This document shows positions 24,111 to 30,224 of a DNA stretch of 41,613 nt, in pieces. The stretch spans positions 1 to 41,613 of IMG/VR virus record IMGVR_UViG_3300036846_000521. One strand, written 5' to 3'. The position numbers and the translations under genes are program-made. The notes under the pieces are model-generated. The model did no database searches. It saw nothing but the letters and a program-made list of their open reading frames with translations, and had not been told where the DNA came from. This DNA is from a virus. How positions within the stretch are numbered: position 1 is the first letter of the stretch; every line of letters begins with the position of its first letter.

Positions 24111-24418
24111 TGGCGATACGAATGAATACCGACGGCACGCGGATCGCCGTCGCGCCGTCGCGCGGCCCGGCGTTCTCCCTGGCCGAGCTCCAGGCCGTCG
24201 TCGGCGGTTACATCGAAGCCGTGCGGCTGCAAGACGGATCGTGGATGTTCGTCAACGAGGACGGGAAACGCCTGCAGCTGCCGCTCAATCGCAGCGCGAC
24301 GCTGCTCGCGCAAACGTGGGGATTCTTGCCGCCGTGGGATCAGATCGTCGGCGACGTGATCGTGATGACGACGCTCGAGGCCGGCGGCGCGGACGAGGCG
24401 CTCGAGGAGCGCGGGTGA
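24107..24418 (+). CDS. DUF3846-like protein
   Basis: 103 aa. SLAELQAVVGGYIEAV...FVNEDGKRLQLPLNRSAT...IVGDVIV matches the DUF3846 pattern as recalled. Confidence 0.6.
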   Translation: MMAIRMNTDGTRIAVAPSRGPAFSLAELQAVVGGYIEAVRLQDGSWMFVNEDGKRLQLPLNRSATLLAQTWGFLPPWDQIVGDVIVMTTLEAGGADEALEERG

Positions 24419-24804
24419 CCGGCTATCCGCCCGACTGGCCGCGCTGCGCGTGCGGCGCGCCGGTGCTCGACGGCCATCTCACGTGCGGCGCGGCCGGCTG
24501 CGACGAGGCCCGCGCGCGCGCCCGCCGGGCCGAGGACCAGGCCGTCGCCGTGTGGCTCGGCGCCGAGCTCATCGCGCTCGAGCCGATGGAGCTCGGGTTG
24601 AAACCGGAATCGGTATTCACGCTCGTCGGCCTCGTGCAGCTCGCACTCCGGCATCCCGATCTGCCGGCGGGCCCGCGTGCGTTCGGTGAGCAGTTCGTCG
24701 GCGCCGCGCGCGCATATTTCACCGGCTGTCCGACCGTCCTCGACGTGATCCGGAAAGGCGATGATCCGGACTACGACGTGAGGCCGCGAGGGTCCGTTGG
24801 CTGA
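24415..24804 (+). CDS. Hypothetical protein (129 aa, GTG start)
   Basis: GTGA overlap with the upstream stop. The N-terminus is Cys-rich (CACG..LTCGAAGC). Confidence 0.6.
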   Translation: MTGYPPDWPRCACGAPVLDGHLTCGAAGCDEARARARRAEDQAVAVWLGAELIALEPMELGLKPESVFTLVGLVQLALRHPDLPAGPRAFGEQFVGAARAYFTGCPTVLDVIRKGDDPDYDVRPRGSVG

Positions 24805-25249
24805 GCACCTGATTCGGCCGACGCACTCGTGTTTCGACGACGCGATCGCGTATCTCGAGATGCGGGTGCGCATCGATCCCGATCTCGTGTTCGGCGACGC
24901 GCTCGTGCTCGTGCACGGCATCGCCCGCGCCGCCGCGGCGACCGACGCGGTCGCGTTCGAAGCGCTCGCGCCTGGCGATCCCTTCGCGCATGCGTGGGTC
25001 GAAGAGGGCGAGCTCGTGTGGCAGGCCGGCGTGCTCGAGGACGGCGCGCAGGTCGCGTTCGCCGTCGCGCGCACGGAGTTCTACGCGCAGCTGCGCATCG
25101 AGGCCGCGACGCGCTATACGTTGCGCCAGGTCTGGGAGGAGAACTGCCGCTCGGGGACGTTCGGGCCCTGGCGGCCTGAATACCAGGCGCTCTGCCGCGG
25201 CGGCGCCGGCCGGCCGCCAATCGGTGAATTCCCGCCACATTGCGGGTAA
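24797..25249 (+). CDS. Hypothetical protein (150 aa, TTG start)
   Basis: GAGGG lies upstream of the TTG. Protein-like sequence (HSCFDDAIAYLEMRV...LVHG...HAWVEEG). Last gene before the first 31-bp repeat. Confidence 0.6.
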   Translation: MAEHLIRPTHSCFDDAIAYLEMRVRIDPDLVFGDALVLVHGIARAAAATDAVAFEALAPGDPFAHAWVEEGELVWQAGVLEDGAQVAFAVARTEFYAQLRIEAATRYTLRQVWEENCRSGTFGPWRPEYQALCRGGAGRPPIGEFPPHCG

Positions 25250-25250
25250 G

Positions 25251-25281
25251 TTGCAAACCCTATGGTTTCGAGCGAACATCG
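25251..25281 (+). repeat. 31-bp direct repeat, copy 1 (TTGCAAACCCTATGGTTTCGAGCGAACATCG)
   Basis: Matches 28090..28120 at 30 of 31 positions (G/A at position 24). Contains the dyad AAACC-CTAT-GGTTT. Starts 2 nt after the stop of 24797..25249. Confidence 0.95.
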
Positions 25282-25328
25282 ATCTCGTCGTCGGGCGGCA
25301 ATGGCGCCGCCGGCGCTCGAAAGGGATC

Positions 25329-25547
25329 GTGACCTTGAAGAACCTGATGGATACCGTGAATGCGGCCGCGGCGGCCAAGGCCGTGCGCGAGCGCGTCGCG
25401 CGCGCGAAACAGTTGATCGCCGACCTCGAGCTCGTCGTCGAGACGCTCGAGGACGAGCCGACGTGGCCGGTCGCCGGGTCGCTCGGGCATATCAACGAGA
25501 AGCTCGCCGAGGTCCTGGCGGGTTTTCCGACGGTGCCGAGGTCCTGA
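25329..25547 (+). CDS. Hypothetical coiled-coil protein (66-72 aa; start GTG 25329, TTG 25335 or ATG 25347)
   Basis: C-terminal part of ORF 24990..25547: ...MDTVNAAAAAKAVRERVARAKQLIADLELVVETLEDEPTWPVAGSLGHINEKLAEVLAGF. Confidence 0.55.
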   Translation: MTLKNLMDTVNAAAAAKAVRERVARAKQLIADLELVVETLEDEPTWPVAGSLGHINEKLAEVLAGFPTVPRS

Positions 25548-25771
25548 TGGCGGCCGCTCGCAAGCGCGGATACTCGCGCGAGTTCCCGGTGAACATGGAA
25601 ACCCGCAAGCGCTACCTGCTCGACGACATCCCGGCGGGGATGTGGATCGCCGTGCGCGCGAAGGCGAAGCGCGACGGCCTGTCGTTGCGCGCGCTCGTGC
25701 TGTCGCTGCTCGCGCGTTGGCTGTCGGGCGAGATCGCGATGGTCGCGCCGCCGGCGCCGGAGGCCGAGTAG
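25547..25771 (+). CDS. Small RHH/Arc-like DNA-binding protein (74 aa), candidate int-cassette regulator or RDF
   Basis: TGATG coupling to the upstream gene. KRYLLDDIPAGMWIAVRAKAKRDGLSLRALVLSLLARWL reads as strand-helix-helix. Confidence 0.5.
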   Translation: MAAARKRGYSREFPVNMETRKRYLLDDIPAGMWIAVRAKAKRDGLSLRALVLSLLARWLSGEIAMVAPPAPEAE

Positions 25772-25864
25772 ATCGTTTCGGTCGTGGGGGTCCGCGCGCC
25801 CCGTCGAAATGCGCGCGGTCGCGCGGCGGTACTCGCCGGCGAATCGGATCGATATGAGGCACCT

Positions 25865-26140
25865 ATGTTTTCGACTCACGAACTGCGGCAGTTAGCTCGC
25901 GCCGGCGCGCTCGCGCAGGCCACACGGATCGTCACCGAATTCCCCGATATCCTTCCCGACTTGAATGCCCTGGCGGCCGGCCCGCGGCGCCGGGTCCTCG
26001 TCGCCGTCGACGAATCCGGCACGAACGGCGATCGCCCGCGGCGCACGATGTCGGCGGCCGCGCGCCAGCGGATCGGTCGCGCGCAGCGCGCCCGGTGGCG
26101 GAAGTTCAAGCAAGAGCACGCCGCGAAGGAGGCCCGGTGA
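25865..26140 (+). CDS. Hypothetical protein (91 aa)
   Basis: Internal Met28 of ORF 25784..26140 with GAGG upstream. Basic C-terminus MSAAARQRIGRAQRARWRKFKQEH. GTGA-coupled to int. Confidence 0.6.
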   Translation: MFSTHELRQLARAGALAQATRIVTEFPDILPDLNALAAGPRRRVLVAVDESGTNGDRPRRTMSAAARQRIGRAQRARWRKFKQEHAAKEAR

Positions 26141-27948
26141 ATCGCTCCTCGTTCCGCGTGATCGACGGCGCGGCCGCGCCGGGCCCCGGCACGATCGCCG
26201 CGATCTACGCGCGCAAATCGACCGAGCAGGACGTCGACGAAGAGGCGAAGTCCGTGACCCGGCAAGTCGAGCACGGGCGCGCGCTCGCCGCGCAGCATGG
26301 CTGGATCGTCCACGACGAGCTCGTGTTCGTCGACGACGGGATCTCCGGCGCCGAATTCACGCGGCGTCCCGGCTTCCTGCAGTTGATGGGATCGTTGAAG
26401 CCGGCGCCGCCGTTCCAGGTCCTGATCATGAGCGAGGAGTCGCGGCTCGGGCGCGAATCGATCCAGACGACCGGCGCCTTGTTCAAGTTGATCGCGGCCG
26501 GCGTGCGCGTGTTCTGTTATCTCGGCGGCGGGTACGAGCGCCGGCTGGAAACGGCGACCGAGAAGGCGATGTTCGCGCTGCAGTCGCACGCCGACGAAAT
26601 GGAGACCGAGCGGGCGCAGCAGCGCGCGTTCGACGCGGCGATCCGGAAGGCGCGCGCCGGCTATGCGACCGGCGGCCCGATCTACGGGTATGACCTCGAG
26701 CGCGTGTTCGCGCCGAACGGCGCGCGCTCGCATACCGAGTATCGGATCAACCGCGACCAGGCGGCCATCGTCCTGCAGATCTTCACGCGCGCGGCCGCCG
26801 GTTCCGGCTATCAGCGGATCGCGCGTGAGCTCAACGACGCCGGCGTGAAGCCGTCGCGCGGGCGCCAATGGTCGCCGAATTCGATCCGCGGGATTGCGAT
26901 GCGGACGATGTATCGCGGCCAGATGGAATGGAACAAGAGCAGCGGCGGGGTCAAATTCGGCACGGCGAAAAAGCGCGCGCGGCCCGCGAGCGATTGGATC
27001 ACCGTCCCGGTGCCGCAGCTGCGCCTCGTCGATGACGTCCTCTGGTATGCGGTACAGGAGCGCCGGCACCGGGTGACGGAGAAGCTCGTTGCCGCGAGCG
27101 CGAAGTTCGGGCGCGGCGGCCAGCGCCGCGACGGCGATTCGCGCTACCTGCTCACCGGCTTCGCGCGCTGCTCGGTCTGCGACGGCCCGGTCTGCGTCAT
27201 TTCGCGGCCGCTCAGCGAGCGCCGGATCGGGCCGGCCCGCGGGAAGCGCATCCGCGTGATCGACCACGCGGCCGGGCGCCTCGTCGCGTACGGGTGCCTG
27301 CGCTATCAGCGGCGCGGGGTCCGGTTCTGCACGAACGCCAACACGGTGCCCGTCGATCTTGTCGAGGCCGCGGTCCTCGAGGCGCTCGCCGCGGTCCTCG
27401 TGAAGAGCGCGCGGCCGAAGCGCATCCTGTCGCTCGTGCGGGAGGAGCGGGCCGGCAGCGCGCCGAAGCTCGAGCGAATGCAGCGCGATCTCGCGCGGCT
27501 CGAGGCCGAGTGCCGGCGCGGGGCCGACGCGCTGCTCGCCGGCGGCAATCTGCCGATGCTGCTCGAGGCGCTTCGCGATCGTGAGGCGCGCGCCGGCATG
27601 CTCCGGTCGCAGCTGACGGCGGCCGCGAGCCGGTCGACCGGCGGGGTCGACGGCGCCGCGCTCGAGCGCCTAATCCTGGCCGAGCTCAAGTCGGCGCAGG
27701 CGGCGCTTACCGGGCGCGGCATGCCGGCGGCGCGCGAGTTCCTGAAGAAATGGCTGCGGGGGTCGATCGTCCTCACGCCGGTCGCGCATCCGACGCGGCG
27801 CGACGGGCGCGCGTTCGACTTCGCCGGCGTGCTCGATCTCCGGCCCTTCGGCGGCGCCGTCGCGGCGTTCCCTCACTCCGGCGTATCCCCCACGGGTTCC
27901 GCCGATATGTGGGGGGCATCGTTCCGGGGCCTCGTGCGGGCCGCCTAG
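26137..27948 (+). CDS. int: Large serine recombinase (phage integrase type)
   Basis: 603 aa from GTG 26137 (AGGAGG upstream). Resolvase-type N-domain AIYARKSTEQD, recombinase domain (GGPIYGYD), Cys zinc ribbon (CSVCDGPVC...C...C) and a long coiled coil. Confidence 0.93.
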   Translation: MNRSSFRVIDGAAAPGPGTIAAIYARKSTEQDVDEEAKSVTRQVEHGRALAAQHGWIVHDELVFVDDGISGAEFTRRPGFLQLMGSLKPAPPFQVLIMSEESRLGRESIQTTGALFKLIAAGVRVFCYLGGGYERRLETATEKAMFALQSHADEMETERAQQRAFDAAIRKARAGYATGGPIYGYDLERVFAPNGARSHTEYRINRDQAAIVLQIFTRAAAGSGYQRIARELNDAGVKPSRGRQWSPNSIRGIAMRTMYRGQMEWNKSSGGVKFGTAKKRARPASDWITVPVPQLRLVDDVLWYAVQERRHRVTEKLVAASAKFGRGGQRRDGDSRYLLTGFARCSVCDGPVCVISRPLSERRIGPARGKRIRVIDHAAGRLVAYGCLRYQRRGVRFCTNANTVPVDLVEAAVLEALAAVLVKSARPKRILSLVREERAGSAPKLERMQRDLARLEAECRRGADALLAGGNLPMLLEALRDREARAGMLRSQLTAAASRSTGGVDGAALERLILAELKSAQAALTGRGMPAAREFLKKWLRGSIVLTPVAHPTRRDGRAFDFAGVLDLRPFGGAVAAFPHSGVSPTGSADMWGASFRGLVRAA

Positions 27949-27977
27949 CCCGGCGCCGGCGCCCGCCGGCCCTGTGT

Positions 27978-28042
27978 TGCCCCCCAGGATCGCTCGGTTC
28001 TGGGGGCCCGTATGCCCCCCAGGATCGCTCGGTTCTGGGGGG
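27978..28042 (+). repeat. Two tandem 29-bp units (35-bp period), each a CCCCCAG...CTGGGGG hairpin
   Basis: TGCCCCCCAGGATCGCTCGGTTCTGGGGG occurs at 27978-28006 and 28013-28041. A further arm, CCCTCCAGAA, lies at about 28050. Alternative pairings are possible. Confidence 0.9.
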
Positions 28043-28089
28043 CCGGCCGCCCTCCAGAAATTCCCTAGAACCCTGGCAATTCGGCCGAC

Positions 28090-28120
28090 TTGCAAACCCT
28101 ATGGTTTCGAGCAAACATCG
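28090..28120 (+). repeat. 31-bp direct repeat, copy 2 (TTGCAAACCCTATGGTTTCGAGCAAACATCG)
   Basis: See 25251..25281. It lies in the int-distal intergenic region, 56 nt upstream of the next gene. Confidence 0.95.
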
Positions 28121-28176
28121 TTAGGTCGGTTGGCGATGGGGCCGGTCGGCGGTAGCGAAAAAAGGACGGCTCGAAA

Positions 28177-28413
28177 TTGGCGAATCCCTTCAAGAACATC
28201 GCGACGCGGATTGTGAATGCCGAGGAGCGCTTCGTCGCGTTCGCGATGGAAGCCGCGGGCCTGTCGCGCGCCGAGGCCGAGCGCGCGCTCGCGACGCTGC
28301 GCCGCGGCGGAAAGCGCGCGCCGCTGAAGATCGATGCGGTTGGCGGCGGCTTCACGTTCGCGCACGGCGGCTTCGCCGAGCCTGCGGTGCTCCGTCGCGC
28401 CGCGGGCCTCTAA
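28177..28413 (+). CDS. Hypothetical protein (78 aa, TTG start)
   Basis: AAGGA lies ~10 nt upstream. Helical sequence MANPFKNIATRIVNAEERFVAFAMEAAGLSRAEAERALATLRRGG. Confidence 0.55.
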   Translation: MANPFKNIATRIVNAEERFVAFAMEAAGLSRAEAERALATLRRGGKRAPLKIDAVGGGFTFAHGGFAEPAVLRRAAGL

Positions 28414-28443
28414 TTCTCGGAAATCAAAAGGACCGAATCGAAC

Positions 28444-28770
28444 ATGCTTGTTACCCTGCGGATCACCAGCGTCGACATGAACGGGTTTTGCGGCCGCGAT
28501 CATCATCCGGTGCCGGCGATGATCGGCGAGCTCGTGACGCTCATCGGCTGCGCGCCGGTCTACTCGCCGGCCGAAGTCGACGAATTCCGCGCCGAGTTCA
28601 CCGAGGCCGATGCCGACGCGGCCGCGCGCCTGATGCTCTATACCTGCCGGCGCGCCGACGGGTCGCTCGTCGAGCTCGTCGACTTCGAGGTCGAGGTCCT
28701 GTCGGCCGCGGCGCCGACGTTGCGTGGGTTCGTCCGCGGCGGCGGCGCCGACGAGGAGGCCCGGTCATGA
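28444..28770 (+). CDS. Hypothetical protein (108 aa)
   Basis: ATG with AAAGGA upstream and protein-like composition. Confidence 0.65.
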   Translation: MLVTLRITSVDMNGFCGRDHHPVPAMIGELVTLIGCAPVYSPAEVDEFRAEFTEADADAAARLMLYTCRRADGSLVELVDFEVEVLSAAAPTLRGFVRGGGADEEARS

Positions 28771-29204
28771 TGCTGTTCTGGGGCCTCATCGGCGCGATCA
28801 TCGGAATCGCGGCCGCGCAGAAGCGCGGGTTCCACGTCGCGGCCGGCGTCATCGGCGGGTTGCTGCTCGGGCCGCTCGCCGTGTTCCTGTTCTGGACCAC
28901 GACCGACAACAAAAAGTGTCCGCATTGCGCCGAGTGGGTTCGATGGGATGCGAAGGTCTGCAAGCATTGCGGCCGCGACCTCGTCGTCGCGCCGCCGGTC
29001 GCGCCCGCGCCGCCGGCGCCCGTCTCGAGCGCCCCCACAGCGGCCGCGCCTGCGGCGCCTGGCGGCCTCGAGGCCGGCACGACCGACGTCAACGTCCGCG
29101 GCCGCTGTCGGGCCTGCAGCGGCCTTGTGCCGGCCAATGCGGCGACCTGCCCGTCGTGCCGCGCGCGCGTCCGCGTCGACTATCGCTTGCGGCGGGTGAT
29201 CTGA
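28767..29204 (+). CDS. Membrane protein with two TM helices and two zinc-ribbon units (145 aa)
   Basis: ATGA coupling to the upstream gene. MMLFWGLIGAIIGIAAAQ...GGLLLGPLAVFLFW, then CPHC...CKHC, a Pro/Ala linker and CRAC...CPSC. Confidence 0.7.
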   Translation: MMLFWGLIGAIIGIAAAQKRGFHVAAGVIGGLLLGPLAVFLFWTTTDNKKCPHCAEWVRWDAKVCKHCGRDLVVAPPVAPAPPAPVSSAPTAAAPAAPGGLEAGTTDVNVRGRCRACSGLVPANAATCPSCRARVRVDYRLRRVI

Positions 29205-29392
29205 TGCCGGTCGTGCTCTCGTCGGCGCAGCGCGAGATGCTCCGGGCCGCGATCGACTCGCACGTCTACTGGCAGTTAGCCGATCGTAACTACCGTCGCG
29301 ACGGGTTCGTCCTCGAGCCCGGCTCGGATGATGCGGCCGTCGCCGAGGACATTCGCGCGTTCCAGGCGCTCGCCGATCTGCTCGCCGACTAG
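29204..29392 (+). CDS. Hypothetical protein (62 aa)
   Basis: TGATG coupling to the upstream gene. MPVVLSSAQREMLRAAIDSHVYWQLADRNYRRDGFVLEPG... Last gene of the rightward arm. Confidence 0.55.
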   Translation: MPVVLSSAQREMLRAAIDSHVYWQLADRNYRRDGFVLEPGSDDAAVAEDIRAFQALADLLAD

Positions 29393-29435
29393 AAGGCGTC
29401 GGCGCCGCGCGCGCCGGGCTTCCCTTCGTGCCCCC

Positions 29436-29459
29436 GCGCCGGCCGATCGTGGCCGGCGC
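29436..29459. terminator. Perfect 9-bp GC stem-loop in the convergence zone of the two arms
   Basis: GCGCCGGCC-GATCGT-GGCCGGCGC. On the plus strand a T5 run follows only ~20 nt later, so it is not a textbook intrinsic terminator. Confidence 0.4.
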
Positions 29460-29479
29460 CGGTTCCCCAGGCGACCAGG

Positions 29480-29502
29480 TTTTTCCTTTCCTCCTTTCTC
29501 CC
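29480..29502 (+). other. 23-nt pure pyrimidine tract (TTTTTCCTTTCCTCCTTTCTCCC)
   Basis: Read directly, and striking in this GC-rich genome. On the plus-strand transcript it is a C/U-rich, G-poor stretch, as in rut sites. On the minus strand it reads as AAGGAGG-like purines with no ORF behind it. Confidence 0.5.
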
Positions 29503-29514
29503 AAAACCCGATCT

Positions 29515-29769
29515 TCACGAACGGTTCCCCGGCTCGCGCGGCGAGCTCGTCGTGCCGGCTTCGCGATAGCCCGCGGCGCGCAGCGCCTGGCAGGCGTCGC
29601 AGCGGCAGCCGCGTTTCGGCCAGACGTCGCGCAGCGCCTCGAGCGCGCGGCTGAGCAGCACCGTGCGCCGCCCGTCGCAGACGTGGCAGCTGCCGCGGTA
29701 GCCGGCGCAATGCGGACAGGTTATGTCGGTGGGCAGTGGCACGCCGGCGCCTGGCAGCCGCAGCGGCAC
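29515..29769 (-). CDS. Cys-rich small protein (75-84 aa; GTG 29769 or GTG 29742)
   Basis: CPHCAGYRGSCHVCDG and GCRCDACQ motifs. Last gene of the late arm; it overlaps the lipoprotein gene in another frame. Confidence 0.5.
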   Translation of the reverse strand: MPLRLPGAGVPLPTDITCPHCAGYRGSCHVCDGRRTVLLSRALEALRDVWPKRGCRCDACQALRAAGYREAGTTSSPREPGNRS

Positions 29770-29870
29770 GCGCGCCGGATCTCGACGTGCACGGCCGTGC
29801 GGAGATCGATCGTGCAGCCGGTGCCGAGCACGAGTGCCGCCGCCGCGAGCAGCGCCGCGATCGTTCTCAC
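29721..29870 (-). CDS. Small Cys-rich putative lipoprotein (49 aa)
   Basis: GTG at 29870 (GTGA overlap with the upstream stop). VRTIAALLAAAALVLGTGC is a signal-peptide-like stretch with a lipobox-like LGTGC. The mature ~31 aa contain 7 Cys. Confidence 0.5.
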   Translation of the reverse strand: MRTIAALLAAAALVLGTGCTIDLRTAVHVEIRRACRCGCQAPACHCPPT

Positions 29871-30205
29871 GGCACGACCGATTGCTCGCCGTCGATCGTG
29901 ATCACCAGGCCGTTCGCTGCGCTCGCGAGTCCGGAGAGGTAGTCCGTCGACTTTTGCGGCGTGGCGCACCAGTAGTCGAAGGCGTCATTGGCCGGCACGT
30001 TCTTATCGCGAAACAGTTCCGTGCCGCCTGCGCTGCCGCCGGTCGCGCCGAGGAACAGGCGGAACGTCAACGGGCCGCCCGTGACGTTGGCGACGTGGAC
30101 GTGTCGGATCGTGTTGAAGAGGCCGGCCGCGGGTGCGGCGAGGACGTCGGCGACGGCTGCGGCGAAATACGCGGGGCCGGCGAGGCGCTTCGGTGTTCCT
30201 GCCAT
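29867..30205 (-). CDS. Hypothetical protein downstream of fibre (112 aa)
   Basis: Internal Met35 of ORF 29867..30307 with a GGAGGGAAC RBS. Beta-rich: ...IRHVHVANVTGGPLTFRLFLG...GLVITIDGEQ. Confidence 0.7.
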   Translation of the reverse strand: MAGTPKRLAGPAYFAAAVADVLAAPAAGLFNTIRHVHVANVTGGPLTFRLFLGATGGSAGGTELFRDKNVPANDAFDYWCATPQKSTDYLSGLASAANGLVITIDGEQSVVP

Positions 30206-30224
30206 GATCGATGTTCCCTCCGTT

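Noticed and set aside
27978-28042. Possible mini-CRISPR array (direct repeats with a short spacer).
   Set aside because: There are only two 29-bp copies, separated by 6 nt. There are no spacers of CRISPR length and no cas genes. The units are self-complementary hairpins.
25251-28120. 31-bp repeats as attL/attR of an element inserted by the enclosed serine recombinase.
   Set aside because: Serine-integrase attL/attR share only a 2-bp crossover core with different half-sites, not 31 bp of near identity. Both copies also sit at the 5' side of gene clusters, like promoters. It is kept only as the least likely reading.
29515-29769. The 84-aa Cys-rich protein as the i-spanin partner of the lipoprotein.
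   Set aside because: It has no hydrophobic segment long enough for the N-terminal transmembrane anchor that i-spanins require.
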